Shown here one piece after another: positions 31,175 to 41,488 of a stretch of 64,000 nucleotides of DNA. Positions within the stretch are counted from its first letter, which is position 1, and each line of letters opens with the position of its first letter. The notes below the pieces were generated by a model. It saw only the letters and a list, made by a program, of their open reading frames with translations. It was not told where the DNA came from and made no database searches. The DNA comes from a virus: IMG/VR virus record IMGVR_UViG_3300049846_000430, positions 49,401 through 113,400 of that record; one strand, written 5' to 3'. The position numbers and the translations under genes are program-made.

Positions 31175-31804
31175 ATATTGATTCATAATCAAATCAACTT
31201 CTTCCTTTGATAAGTATTTATCAATTGCATGATAGCCAAGTGTTCCAAGTTGGAATACTGATTCAACAGAAAATTTTTGATTGATATCTTTAGATAGTTT
31301 AGCTTTTAATTTTTTGAGAGCTGTATAGAAATAAACATCCTCATTTATTTTACCACTCCACTTGTATCTTCTCAAACACTCAATCATTTTGGATACAGTT
31401 CTTAATGATAATCCACCATTAGAACCATCTCTCCAGTATTCTCCTTTTGACCATTCTGAGTCTGGCCATGGTGCTCCTACCCAATCATATTCTTCAAATT
31501 CTTCAATACCTTCTCTTAATAATCCTGAGTCAGATTGAAATGTTAAAACTTTGTCACAGTTAAGTGATTCCCAAAAATTTAAAGATGTAAGCAGGACGTT
31601 GTAATCATGCTGAGATGTGATGTTGTTTTTTAGAACTGTAATTTCAGTATCTCTTCCAAAGTCAATATCTTCTACCAGATGTTTGTTTACATCTGATACA
31701 AAAATGTGTAGCTTATACTTAGAAGGAAGATACTTTAAGTGATCTTTAATGACTTCTACTAGATTTATAATTCTTGTCTCAACTATTACAGCTTTGAATT
31801 TCAT
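31166..31804 (-). CDS. DUF5672-like putative glycosyltransferase
   Basis: LTFQSDS...YDWVGAPW...NGGLSLR...NEDVYF...FSVE...GYH. Confidence 0.7.
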   Translation of the reverse strand: MKFKAVIVETRIINLVEVIKDHLKYLPSKYKLHIFVSDVNKHLVEDIDFGRDTEITVLKNNITSQHDYNVLLTSLNFWESLNCDKVLTFQSDSGLLREGIEEFEEYDWVGAPWPDSEWSKGEYWRDGSNGGLSLRTVSKMIECLRRYKWSGKINEDVYFYTALKKLKAKLSKDINQKFSVESVFQLGTLGYHAIDKYLSKEEVDLIMNQYKK

Positions 31805-32361
31805 AAACCAAGTTTACTTACTTTCTTTCTGAGCTCATATAGATCACCATTGTTTTCAATCACATAATCAAAGTCATGGCCATCTAAAGCTGTTTCACTT
31901 GGATGAGCATTTGCTAAAGCAACCATTGAGGTACCAAAGCCTGGACGGTTAACTCTAATGATAATACCACCTTTTGATTTAACTGCGTCATACTCATTTG
32001 GAAATCTAACATCTGTGATAATCCAGTTATTATGAGGAACATACTCACAGAGTAATGCATTTACCCAGGTGTTTGTATGCAAACCATTTCTCATGGCCTC
32101 CGTACCTAACTTTTGCAAAAGCTCTCTCACTGTCATTTGTCTCCGGGATATACCATATGTATCCCATTCAGGACCAAGAAATGTATTTTTAAAATCTTGG
32201 TCCTCAAACTTATCTACAGAAATGCCAGTAAGCATAGAAGCAATCTGCTTTAACTTGCCAGCAAACTTCTTTACTTCCCATTGTTTCTCAGATATTTCAG
32301 AAATAATCTGAGCAATAGTATCCTTTCCGGATCCTATCTTACCACTTATTCCTATTATCAT
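31801..32361 (-). CDS. Deoxynucleoside monophosphate kinase
   Basis: GISGKIGSGKDT P-loop; RELLQKLGTE; IITDVRFPNE; HPSE. Confidence 0.9.
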   Translation of the reverse strand: MIIGISGKIGSGKDTIAQIISEISEKQWEVKKFAGKLKQIASMLTGISVDKFEDQDFKNTFLGPEWDTYGISRRQMTVRELLQKLGTEAMRNGLHTNTWVNALLCEYVPHNNWIITDVRFPNEYDAVKSKGGIIIRVNRPGFGTSMVALANAHPSETALDGHDFDYVIENNGDLYELRKKVSKLGL

Positions 32362-32367
32362 TACTTT

Positions 32368-32658
32368 TTATTTATTACCTTCGTATGTTTTGTTATAGTA
32401 TTGCTCTCCATCTTCTTTTGTCATATAATCATAACAACCACATCCAGTTAAACTTCCTGCAATATATGCTTCTATTGTCTGCTCTTTTTCCACCTCTAAC
32501 AACTCCTTACACTTAACTACTAAATGAAATGGAATTTTATAGCCATGAGATAATAATTCATCAAGCATAATTTGCATTGCTGTCTGCTGTTTATACAATC
32601 CATCTTTTGCATCTTCATTCATGATGTCTATTATTAGTTGTTTTTGTTTTTGTTTCAT
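32368..32658 (-). CDS. Hypothetical protein
   Basis: ORF; TGATG overlap with upstream gene. Confidence 0.6.
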   Translation of the reverse strand: MKQKQKQLIIDIMNEDAKDGLYKQQTAMQIMLDELLSHGYKIPFHLVVKCKELLEVEKEQTIEAYIAGSLTGCGCYDYMTKEDGEQYYNKTYEGNK

Positions 32659-32873
32659 CACATCCATCCTTCTTTTATTACTTTAGGTTTACCATTTACT
32701 AACTGCCAATGTTCAAACCATTCCCCCCATTCACCTCTTCTGCGTCTGTAAACTCTTACTGTTCCGTCAACTGCATCATTGATCATTGTTTTGATTGTTG
32801 CTTTGACATCTGTATAGCGTGGCACTATAAATGACACATCTTTTTTACCGTTGTTGTAATACACTGAAGGCAT
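32658..32873 (-). CDS. Hypothetical protein
   Basis: ORF in operon. Confidence 0.6.
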   Translation of the reverse strand: MPSVYYNNGKKDVSFIVPRYTDVKATIKTMINDAVDGTVRVYRRRRGEWGEWFEHWQLVNGKPKVIKEGWM

Positions 32874-32879
32874 ACTGTT

Positions 32880-33068
32880 TTAAATTTTTGGTTTCCCGCA
32901 ATCACTGCAGGTTTTGATTATTATAAAGTAATCACCCTGGTTCCAAAGTTCATCGTAGTCCTCAAACTTTTCAGGCTTTATGTACTTACTTGGTTTTAAG
33001 TAAGTTCTTTCAACTGGTTTTGATTCATGACAAAAGTCACAAATATCTTTTTCTATATCACCACTCAT
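32880..33068 (-). CDS. Small Zn-finger protein
   Basis: CDFC...CSDC; ATG at 33068. Confidence 0.6.
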   Translation of the reverse strand: MSGDIEKDICDFCHESKPVERTYLKPSKYIKPEKFEDYDELWNQGDYFIIIKTCSDCGKPKI

Positions 33069-33073
33069 ATGTT

Positions 33074-33334
33074 TTATATAAAGAAAGGTCTTATTGTTAA
33101 TACACCTAAACCAAAGCCACATGCAAAAGCTAAAGCAATCAATGCTCTCTGCTTAAATGATTTGGCTTCAATGTTATAATGATTCATAGGTAGACAAAGA
33201 AAAGGATTCATAAATACCATAAGGAACATACCCATCCAGTTCTTATCCATCAGGAATCTAAAACCTGCAATACTGTTTACTTCAAGAAGTATTGCTGTAA
33301 TAAATACTATTAATAGTCTGTATCTAAATCTCAT
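33074..33334 (-). CDS. Small membrane protein (about 3 TM)
   Basis: Hydrophobic helices; ATG at 33334. Confidence 0.6.
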   Translation of the reverse strand: MRFRYRLLIVFITAILLEVNSIAGFRFLMDKNWMGMFLMVFMNPFLCLPMNHYNIEAKSFKQRALIALAFACGFGLGVLTIRPFFI

Positions 33335-33480
33335 TGTTTTAAATTTGAGAGGTGGCCGGTAATGCCATAACCCGGCCATTGCTCTCTACCTTTTAACTAA
33401 ACATGAAAACCATGCGGCATTAATATCTGTATCCCTCTTTACCAAGAAGGAGTTTAATCAGTCCTATAGCAACCAATATT

Positions 33481-33840
33481 TTAACGGCCAACCAAATCAT
33501 CAAAACTCACAGGCTCACCATTAGCTGTTAAACTGAATGCTACTGAAGCAGGCCAAACTCTATCATCCTCAACATCTTCATTCATGATGCTTAAGAGCTC
33601 AGCCTTATATTCTATTTCCCCTATATCTATGACCATGGGAAACATATTTGCTATTTTAGTATAGTCACCAACTGTTAAGAAGGTGAATGTTTCAAATACT
33701 AGATAAGAATCCTTTATGTTGTAACCTCTTAACTCTGGTATGGTTGGATCCTCATAAGAAGGCTCCAACCTAAAACCAGCGTCAGTAAAGTTTTGAAACA
33801 ACTCCTGTAAGAATTCTTTATGCAAGAGATTCTCAGTCAT
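33481..33840 (-). CDS. Hypothetical acidic protein
   Basis: ORF in operon. Confidence 0.6.
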   Translation of the reverse strand: MTENLLHKEFLQELFQNFTDAGFRLEPSYEDPTIPELRGYNIKDSYLVFETFTFLTVGDYTKIANMFPMVIDIGEIEYKAELLSIMNEDVEDDRVWPASVAFSLTANGEPVSFDDLVGR

Positions 33841-34738
33841 TTATTTCAAAAGTAAAAGGGTCTTCAAAATCTGGAATTTCAGACTGAATTTCATGAAGCT
33901 CCATGTCAACAGTCATATCTACAGGAACAGTAGCTGTTATTTCTGCAGGCATAATGGGATCTGGAGTCACAACATCCTTGGCAGTATTGGCCATGGTAGA
34001 GAGAAGATTTGCAACAATAAACTCATGGAACTTCTGAGTATCACTCAACCATGTCTTTGGGTGAGATGTCTTTAGAGCATGAGTTACATGATTATAGAAT
34101 GTCCATGCGTTGTCCATGTCACACTGATAATCATAACTTGGATTCTTCATCTGTGCTTTTACAGTGCTCAGCTGAGTTACATCCAGGATCTCCTCATCAT
34201 AGTACAATCTACCAAGAAGCTCAGCTTGTTCTTTGATATTCAGCTGAACTGTCTTCAGATTGTCCTTATCATCAATCATTCTTCTGTAATACTTCTCAGC
34301 ATGCAGAACTTGATTTGAGATTTGATTCTTCATGTCCTGGTCTGCAGAACCGGTGTGCTTTCTACGGAAGTTCATCATGTCTCCTGATACCATACCGTTG
34401 TTACACACCATTACATAACCACCAATTGCACATTGGAACCGTGTGCTCTTGTCATAAGAGTTGGTCCAGGCAAACATCATTCCCAGTTCGTTCTCCAGTT
34501 GAATCATAGGGTCAACAGGATTCTGAGGAACAATATGATAGATGCCCTGTGCAATGTTAGCTTCATGGTTTGCTCTGTAAAGTTCTTTTACAATTCTGAA
34601 GCCACTGTTTTGAAGAATAGAATACGTGTTAGATATCACATCTCTGTGTGATATAACTGTGTAGGTTTTACCATGGTTAGGTAAAACTGCATTTTCCAGA
34701 TAATTTCTGGTAGTCTCTGATGGTTTTTTATAGCCCAT
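33833..34738 (-). CDS. DUF932-like protein
   Basis: YTVISH...NSYDKS...VCNNGM...RKHTG...AWTFYNHVT. Confidence 0.75.
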   Translation of the reverse strand: MGYKKPSETTRNYLENAVLPNHGKTYTVISHRDVISNTYSILQNSGFRIVKELYRANHEANIAQGIYHIVPQNPVDPMIQLENELGMMFAWTNSYDKSTRFQCAIGGYVMVCNNGMVSGDMMNFRRKHTGSADQDMKNQISNQVLHAEKYYRRMIDDKDNLKTVQLNIKEQAELLGRLYYDEEILDVTQLSTVKAQMKNPSYDYQCDMDNAWTFYNHVTHALKTSHPKTWLSDTQKFHEFIVANLLSTMANTAKDVVTPDPIMPAEITATVPVDMTVDMELHEIQSEIPDFEDPFTFEIND

Positions 34739-34760
34739 ATTTAAAGTTTTAAAGTTTAAA

Positions 34761-34768
34761 CAAATATA
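34761..34768 (-). promoter_or_regulatory. Bacteroidota-type -7 promoter element TATATTTG
   Basis: TAnnTTTG about 22 nt upstream of ATG 34738. Confidence 0.6.
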
Positions 34769-34805
34769 CAAAACATAAACTTAAAAAGTTTACATTCAGT
34801 AAAAT

Positions 34806-35018
34806 TTATTTTGATGTATCAAAAGTTTGCTCTTTGAAGAACAAACAACGGGAGGCTCTTGGTGTAAGCCCCCCGGTTGTTGTATAAGTTGCAACATAAT
34901 TGCTATCAAACTTGACTCTGATGCAACAGAGTACCTGTGGTTCAATGATGTCAACAACAGTGCCCCATCCATATAGGACACACCATACACGGTCATTTAG
35001 ATTGAAGATTTGACTCAT
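34806..35018 (-). CDS. Small SH3/KOW-like hypothetical protein
   Basis: FNLNDRVW...YGWGTVV...VKFD. Confidence 0.55.
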   Translation of the reverse strand: MSQIFNLNDRVWCVLYGWGTVVDIIEPQVLCCIRVKFDSNYVATYTTTGGLTPRASRCLFFKEQTFDTSK

Positions 35019-37006
35019 AACAATTTGAGTTGATTAGAAGGAACTGAAAGGATGTTATTTATCTCTGATTCAATTTCTTCCAGATAATAACCGGTGTTGA
35101 TATCATAGTCTTCCCATTTAGGTTTGACAACCATCTTGTTGTACAATGTCTGAAGCCATTTGCCGGATTCAAGTTGTATCTCTCTTCCGTCTACCTCATT
35201 TACTTTGGTCATCTTAACACCCTTCTTGGAAATATAATATCTGTTTACCTTCTGTAGGTTGTCTTCTGTAAAGGCTCCGTCTTTAATGTACCTGGCTACC
35301 TGCTTCCAATCACCTTTTGATTTGACACCAATACAATAATCAAGAATGTTCTTGTTGGTTTGGATATAATCATGTGGCAGGATACCGTTAATGAAGTAAG
35401 CATACACGCCTTTGGCAACAACAAGTTTAGATTTGTTTTTATGAAGCTGAAGTTCATGATAATCAAACCTACCTTTCATCTTGACTGGAGCATACATAAA
35501 CTTATCACCAGTTACCTTGAATAGATAATGGGGATTCTGATCTCTAATCTCTCTCCATGTAGTAATATCAACCTCTTTAAAATTATTCACGGCAATGTAG
35601 TTGTTTACATCCGCCAGGATAAGTTGCTGATAAGAATCATGTTCAAGTTCTAGATTAGTGATCTGTTCCCATTCTTTACAGATGCTCATATACTCATCAT
35701 AATACTGCCTAGGAATTCTTGTTTCTAGACCATCTGTGTTTTGCATAATGGCAACTGCACCAGGTATCCGGGTCATTATCATTTCATACAACATCATAAG
35801 GCTAAGCTGACCGTTAACAGTAATGCTCATACAGAATTCCGGATCATAGAAGAAACTATCTGCGTCATTACTCAAGCCATATGTAGAGTTCAGAATGATC
35901 TTGTACACATAGTTCATTGGGTCCTTCTTGGGAATCTTCTTCCTTTCATTAAAAAACCATTCATACTGATCACAAAACTCCTGTTTAGGGAAGTGAGCTG
36001 GTGCCCACTTGTTTCTGATGGCCAGGTTAGGATAGAAGCTTACTACATCTGAAGTAATAATTATGTGCTCATCATCAGATTTGTAAACACCGGATGTCCT
36101 TGCACCATGCACACCACCCAAACCAAAGTCTGTCTTTACATCCTTATAGACAAGTGTATGTTTAAATGAACCTTTCAGGTTATCACCTTTCAGTTTAACT
36201 TTTCTGAATGTATCAAGTAAATGGTTAAACTCTGGAGATGTAAATTTTATATAGGGCAAGATTATATCTTCAAGTTTAATCACGTCCCTGTGGGTCCTCA
36301 TGTTTTTGATTTCCCTTTTTTCCATGTTGAGCTTCTGGGAGAGATAATAAGCAAATAGCTCCTTACTTATCCTTGGCTCAGAGGCACTATACAGATTGAT
36401 GTCATATCTATCAGTCAATGCTTTTCTTAGTTTGATTTGAGATGCAGATTTTTTAAAGATCTCCTTGGTAGACCGTACATCATTAAGACAATACTCAATG
36501 ATCAGATCTATTTCCTCCATGGTTTTAATCTCTGTGCTATGATGGATTGGCATTTCAAGAATGTTCTCCCAATCCATACTGTACTGAATCCATTTCAAAC
36601 TGGATCTCTTGGCAGGATTGTCCCAGTGGTTCATCTTGAATATGTCAATCTGACCTATATCAAGCTTCCATTGAGGATACTGCTGCCATTCTTTTTTATC
36701 CTGCTTTCTGATGCAGTCCTGTGCGTACTTGTAAATCTGCACAGCCTTACCACAAGCATCATACTCAGACCACTTGGTGTGGTTATTGAGTATGTGTTGG
36801 GTTATTTGAGAATCAAAAGTTAGACCGTTAAAAGATATATGCCATTCTCTTTTTTGCTTGTTCTGTTGCAAGAACATTATAAACTCATTGAAGTCATCTC
36901 TGAGGTTGTGCACCACAAAGACTTTCTTCTCATTGGTTTTATAATGCTCAAAGCATGCAACAAAGCAATTGCTAAGAGTCTCATAATCCATTATCCAATG
37001 TGTCAT
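35015..37006 (-). CDS. DNA polymerase family B (crAss-like) with 3'-5' exonuclease
   Basis: DYET, FNGLTFD, YCLNDV exonuclease motifs; SDVVSFYPN, KIILNSTYG, QNTDG polymerase motifs. Confidence 0.93.
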   Translation of the reverse strand: MTHWIMDYETLSNCFVACFEHYKTNEKKVFVVHNLRDDFNEFIMFLQQNKQKREWHISFNGLTFDSQITQHILNNHTKWSEYDACGKAVQIYKYAQDCIRKQDKKEWQQYPQWKLDIGQIDIFKMNHWDNPAKRSSLKWIQYSMDWENILEMPIHHSTEIKTMEEIDLIIEYCLNDVRSTKEIFKKSASQIKLRKALTDRYDINLYSASEPRISKELFAYYLSQKLNMEKREIKNMRTHRDVIKLEDIILPYIKFTSPEFNHLLDTFRKVKLKGDNLKGSFKHTLVYKDVKTDFGLGGVHGARTSGVYKSDDEHIIITSDVVSFYPNLAIRNKWAPAHFPKQEFCDQYEWFFNERKKIPKKDPMNYVYKIILNSTYGLSNDADSFFYDPEFCMSITVNGQLSLMMLYEMIMTRIPGAVAIMQNTDGLETRIPRQYYDEYMSICKEWEQITNLELEHDSYQQLILADVNNYIAVNNFKEVDITTWREIRDQNPHYLFKVTGDKFMYAPVKMKGRFDYHELQLHKNKSKLVVAKGVYAYFINGILPHDYIQTNKNILDYCIGVKSKGDWKQVARYIKDGAFTEDNLQKVNRYYISKKGVKMTKVNEVDGREIQLESGKWLQTLYNKMVVKPKWEDYDINTGYYLEEIESEINNILSVPSNQLKLL

Positions 37007-37013
37007 ACTTGAT

Positions 37014-37046
37014 TGAAAAAAATAGGGCAGTATTACCCACCCTATT
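37014..37046 (-). terminator. Rho-independent terminator
   Basis: AATAGGGTGG...CTGCCCTATT followed by a T-tract on the - strand. Confidence 0.7.
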
Positions 37047-37067
37047 AAAATAAAACGTAACCTATGC

Positions 37068-37481
37068 TTATGAAGGCATAATTATTTTAGGAGTCTCAAC
37101 TTGATTCACATCCACCATGTATTGTTTGAAATCAAAGCTAGAAGCATTGATAGCAAACAAATGGATGAAAGCTTCTATGTCAGACTTATCTGAAATATAG
37201 TGCTCTCCAAATGTTTCAACCAGGACTCTTTGTTCTTTTACAACCTTGCCGGTTGTAGGATTGGGTGCCTTAAGTCTTACAGGCTCACCATTCTCATCAA
37301 GTTTGGGAAGCATATGAAAGGATTCTTTTTTAACCTTTGATATGACAGCCAGGATACCTGAACTAGGGTCATACATTGCCTCTACATAGGGGCAATCATT
37401 GCTTGCTGGGATAATGCCAAATGATTTAGCATTTCTAAAAGCTGAATGAATCAGCATCATGTTGGATCCGATAGTACTCAT
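37068..37481 (-). CDS. Hypothetical protein
   Basis: ORF; TATCTTTG element at 37502-37509. Confidence 0.7.
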   Translation of the reverse strand: MSTIGSNMMLIHSAFRNAKSFGIIPASNDCPYVEAMYDPSSGILAVISKVKKESFHMLPKLDENGEPVRLKAPNPTTGKVVKEQRVLVETFGEHYISDKSDIEAFIHLFAINASSFDFKQYMVDVNQVETPKIIMPS

Positions 37482-38071
37482 GTTGGTTTTGTGTTTTGGT
37501 TCAAAGATATACCAACTTCATTTAATAAATCAACCACTTCAGAAAGTTTTTCATAGAGTGTTTCTTTATCTAGATCTGGTTTATTACAAAGCTCATACAC
37601 TGATTCAATTACATTCATTGGGACATTCAGAGCTTTTGCATACTCTGCATGATAGATATCAGGAAACAAGAAGGCTGTTACAAAACTTGCAATCTTACCA
37701 TTGTTTCCAAAGAATTCTTCAATAACATCCTTTGAAATCTTAGTGAACTTAGAATACTTACCTTGTACAAATGAATCAAAATCACGTTTAAAAGGTGTGA
37801 AATCAAAAATGTATAAGTGGGTGTCATCACTGAGTTTGTGATATTCTTCAAAGAGCACATTACCTCTAAGATTAGATTCAAATGCTTTAAACTTATCATT
37901 CATCTCCGTGTTGTACACACAAAGGAATTTAAAGTCACTTGCATCATATACCCCGTCCCAGCAGATGTAAGTCTCTGCTGGGGTAAAGGGTACATTCTTT
38001 TTTATTCTCAACAGCGGGTATAAGAATACCTTGCTCTTTTGGAAATAGTCTGTGTAGACACCGTTACTCAT
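37478..38071 (-). CDS. Hypothetical protein
   Basis: ORF with ATGA overlaps. Confidence 0.7.
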   Translation of the reverse strand: MSNGVYTDYFQKSKVFLYPLLRIKKNVPFTPAETYICWDGVYDASDFKFLCVYNTEMNDKFKAFESNLRGNVLFEEYHKLSDDTHLYIFDFTPFKRDFDSFVQGKYSKFTKISKDVIEEFFGNNGKIASFVTAFLFPDIYHAEYAKALNVPMNVIESVYELCNKPDLDKETLYEKLSEVVDLLNEVGISLNQNTKPT

Positions 38072-39069
38072 AGCTGAATTTTTTGGTTTAGAAACAAATA
38101 AGGTAGGCTATAATTTCTCTGTTCATAGTGATACTGAGCCATCTGGAGTGTGTCTATAAGACCTGTACCCCATTCTAACAAAGTATTCTCACTCACATCA
38201 AATACATAAACCTGATTGTACTTGTCAATCACCACAAATTTGCACATAATATCATAATCTTTTTCCTCTTCAGAAAGATTTTCATAGACAAGTCTTCCAT
38301 AGATAGCCATCTGGAGCCAGTAGTTGTAGAAATCTACGGTCTCTTTGAAATCCATAATGGTCTTGGAGGTTGTCTTCAAATCACAGATTATAACCTGCTT
38401 CTTCTGGTCATCCACCTTATAAAAATCCACAATACCTTTCAGGCCAAAGGGATAATCATTCAGTTTCTGAACCATTAAAGGCTGCTCAACATATGTCTTT
38501 ACAGGATCCAACTCAAAGTCTGTTTGATTGGATTCAAACAAAGCCATTACATCTTTGTTACTCTTAATTATATCAACCTGCTCTTGGCATCTTGCTAATG
38601 TATCAGGATCAATAATATCAAGAACACTAGAGTTCAAGAACTGCCAGTAAACATCATTCTCTGGTGTCTGAATTTTCTCAAGTCTTTTAAAATCTTCCTT
38701 CAGAGTCTGATAAAGATTCTCTGATTCTAATGCTTTAAGAATCAAATCAAGATGAGATGCCTCAGTAGATAACAATGATTCCGGCTTAAAAGGATTATCT
38801 TTCATTACCTGAAGAACTTTCTTAATAGAATCAGTGGGGACTTTAGATGGAGCCACATTGAATTTCTTATTCAAGTTCTGAGGTTCAAACAAAAGACAAT
38901 GGATGAGTTTACCTTCTACAAGGTGCTTGTCTGTTCTCTCTTCCTTTTCACCAAGGATATAATCCCGGTAAAATAGGGTAGGGGAAAACAAAAGCTTGTT
39001 TAATGATGAGTAACTAAACTGGAATTCTTTTGAATAGAATTCTTCTTCTTTCACAAAATCTCTTTTCAT
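38068..39069 (-). CDS. PD-(D/E)xK exonuclease (RecE/ExoVIII-like)
   Basis: SYSSL; GKLIHCLL; LKGIVD...ICDLKTT; YWLQMAIY. Confidence 0.85.
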   Translation of the reverse strand: MKRDFVKEEEFYSKEFQFSYSSLNKLLFSPTLFYRDYILGEKEERTDKHLVEGKLIHCLLFEPQNLNKKFNVAPSKVPTDSIKKVLQVMKDNPFKPESLLSTEASHLDLILKALESENLYQTLKEDFKRLEKIQTPENDVYWQFLNSSVLDIIDPDTLARCQEQVDIIKSNKDVMALFESNQTDFELDPVKTYVEQPLMVQKLNDYPFGLKGIVDFYKVDDQKKQVIICDLKTTSKTIMDFKETVDFYNYWLQMAIYGRLVYENLSEEEKDYDIMCKFVVIDKYNQVYVFDVSENTLLEWGTGLIDTLQMAQYHYEQRNYSLPYLFLNQKIQL

Positions 39070-39266
39070 TTCATTACGGGTAAACCCAATTGTTTTGCTG
39101 CATAGTTAATATGCTTTGTTGTTGTCATGGACCAGTAGCCAAGAGGTCTTACATAGTTATTAGTAACTACTGCTACTTTGGTTCCATACGAAAATATAAA
39201 CTTATCACCACGGTCTTCAACCATTTTTAAGTTTTCTTTGTACTTAGGGAATGTTTTAATAGTCAT
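39066..39266 (-). CDS. Small hypothetical protein (SYGTKVA...WSMTTTKHIN type)
   Basis: ORF. Confidence 0.65.
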   Translation of the reverse strand: MTIKTFPKYKENLKMVEDRGDKFIFSYGTKVAVVTNNYVRPLGYWSMTTTKHINYAAKQLGLPVMK

Positions 39267-39272
39267 AATTTA

Positions 39273-39317
39273 AAGGAGTGGGTGAGCCGAAGCCCACCCA
39301 ATACTATGGCACTCCTT
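39273..39317 (-). terminator. Strong cUUCGg hairpin at the end of the MoxR module (terminator or stabiliser)
   Basis: TGGGTGGGC-TTCG-GCTCACCCA extended by AAGGAGTG/CACTCCTT. Confidence 0.6.
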
Positions 39318-40452
39318 AGAATGGAACAAGAGATTTAACCAATCTGTCCTGATACTTTGGATTGAGTTTGATTGCATCTAAAGAAATTGAGAATGCTCTT
39401 TCTTTTTCATTCGTACCAAGTGTGGTACATATGACATTTTCAAAGAACAATCTTGCTGATTCTTTAAAAGCAAACTCAGTCAAAGCTTTATCTCTTGATA
39501 AGTTATAAATCAAAGCATTATAAGAATGGCTGTTAGAGAAATAACTTCCGCCCATATAGTTTGAGAATTTGGTTCTCAAGACTTTAAAGGCCACACTATT
39601 ATAATTCTTTGATGACTTTAACTTTTCAGTGTTGAAATAAAGAAGCAATGCAAGCTTGTCAAATGATGTCTCAATGTTAGTATTACTCATAATACTGATT
39701 GCCAGACTTCTGTCTTCATCACTTGCATAGATCATCTTCTTGATATTTTCATATCCTTCTTCATCCAATGTATGCAATTGCTTATCAGCAAACTTATACA
39801 CATGAGTATCAGCAACAAGTTTACTGCTACCAAGCATTGCTTGTATAGCAATATTTGAAGAATGAGAAATATAACCAACAGATTTCCAATCAAAAGAATG
39901 TTCAAAAGATCTGAGTGCAGGTTTTGATGCATGGCTGGAGTTCCAATGACCTCTGAAAGTAAAATCAACAAGATCTTTTTTATCAAACATACTCAATGTA
40001 TGCACCATGTTGTGAAATGCGGTATCTTCAAAATACTGTTTTGTTTTTATAATACCTTTTAAAAATTCACCAACATTTGCACTCCTACAGTGTCTTGTCC
40101 ATTCAACCATGTTAGAAAAAGTTTTCAATGAAACAATCTCATAATCTGCAGTACTTGCTGTTTTTACAAGTTTGCAATCATATGTTTCTTTGATCATGTT
40201 AAACTTCTCTCTAGGAAGATTCACGTCTGAATGCCTATAAAAGCTTTTACCTTTTATATCATCTTCAGATGGAGTCATAAGCTTGTTAACAAGGTTTATG
40301 TAAAATGGTGTATTCACAATATCAAAACCGTATCTTCCACCACCATATACAACATAACCTAAATCTTTTATAAGAATGTTTCCATCACCAATAAGTTGAT
40401 GGTCACCCAAACCATTAGTATTAATTTCTAAATCAATTATTTTTTGCTGCAT
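39316..40452 (-). CDS. Hypothetical protein, BRCT-like segment plus shared helical module; paralog of the next gene
   Basis: LPREKF...CKLVKTASTADYEIV; LDEEGYENIKKMIYASDEDRSLA. Confidence 0.7.
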   Translation of the reverse strand: MQQKIIDLEINTNGLGDHQLIGDGNILIKDLGYVVYGGGRYGFDIVNTPFYINLVNKLMTPSEDDIKGKSFYRHSDVNLPREKFNMIKETYDCKLVKTASTADYEIVSLKTFSNMVEWTRHCRSANVGEFLKGIIKTKQYFEDTAFHNMVHTLSMFDKKDLVDFTFRGHWNSSHASKPALRSFEHSFDWKSVGYISHSSNIAIQAMLGSSKLVADTHVYKFADKQLHTLDEEGYENIKKMIYASDEDRSLAISIMSNTNIETSFDKLALLLYFNTEKLKSSKNYNSVAFKVLRTKFSNYMGGSYFSNSHSYNALIYNLSRDKALTEFAFKESARLFFENVICTTLGTNEKERAFSISLDAIKLNPKYQDRLVKSLVPF

Positions 40453-41488
40453 AATACTTTCTGTATTGAGGTTTTAACTCTACTTTAAAAATGTACAGGT
40501 CCCTGTTTTCAATCCTGATATCTTTCCGTACAATATGTTCCAAGAACTTAAATGAAACTGAATCAAGCTTGTTATTTTCTTCAAGCCATTGAATCATTTC
40601 CAAAGCATCCTTATACCTGAAATCACTGTACCCTGATACATCCATCCAGTACTGCACATCTTTGTTTTTATTAAAGACATACATTCTTGAGTGAGTATCC
40701 TTAGCAAAATCCCAGAGTATATGATAGTTCTTTGTGTAATCAATTGTTGGAATAATCTTACCAGCAATATCTCTATCATCACTGTTAGAGGAGTTGATGT
40801 ATCTCATGAGATCTATCTTAAGTTCTTCTGTTAGAACAATCTTATTTGCAGAAGCATTCACAATAGACTCAGCATCATACACATCATACTTACCAGATTC
40901 AATTAGATAAGCAAGATTTAAAGCAAGACCGGTAATCATGTACCTATCATGAACTGTATAATCTGTATCTACATACCAGGATCTAACACCAAAGGGTATA
41001 TACTTATCATCAAGCAACACACTGGTGTTGTTAAGACTAAGCCAACGGTCTGTAAATGGATGCTTGCCTCTTGTACTTGTCATTACGTCATAGTTCCAGA
41101 GACTACCCATCATTGCTGTAGTAAGAATAGGATCACCATTTCTAAAAGTCTTGTAGAAATCATCATGTGTGATAATAAAATCAGCTGCTTCATAATCATT
41201 TGTAACAGTGATCTTATGTTCTTTAAGAGCGGCTTTGATTCTATCCTGAGACACAGGACATAAGGGAAGAATGAATGCTTTCTTTTTACTTCTGAATGTT
41301 GTATCATCCAGAGTATTTGTACTCAAAATATCCCTGATTTTCATATAAACACCATCATTTGATGTAACTAGCACTTTCTCAATTGCATCACCAGCATTGG
41401 ATAGTACCCCCAAATAGGAGGCACCATCCAATCCATAGTGAGTTAATGCAGTGCTATCATAAGTCTGATAAACTGATTTACTTGCCAT
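40433..41488 (-). CDS. Hypothetical protein, BRCT-like segment plus shared helical module
   Basis: VSQDRIK...ITVTNDYEAADFII; LTEELKIDLMRYINSSNSDDRDIA. Confidence 0.7.
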   Translation of the reverse strand: MASKSVYQTYDSTALTHYGLDGASYLGVLSNAGDAIEKVLVTSNDGVYMKIRDILSTNTLDDTTFRSKKKAFILPLCPVSQDRIKAALKEHKITVTNDYEAADFIITHDDFYKTFRNGDPILTTAMMGSLWNYDVMTSTRGKHPFTDRWLSLNNTSVLLDDKYIPFGVRSWYVDTDYTVHDRYMITGLALNLAYLIESGKYDVYDAESIVNASANKIVLTEELKIDLMRYINSSNSDDRDIAGKIIPTIDYTKNYHILWDFAKDTHSRMYVFNKNKDVQYWMDVSGYSDFRYKDALEMIQWLEENNKLDSVSFKFLEHIVRKDIRIENRDLYIFKVELKPQYRKYYAAKNN

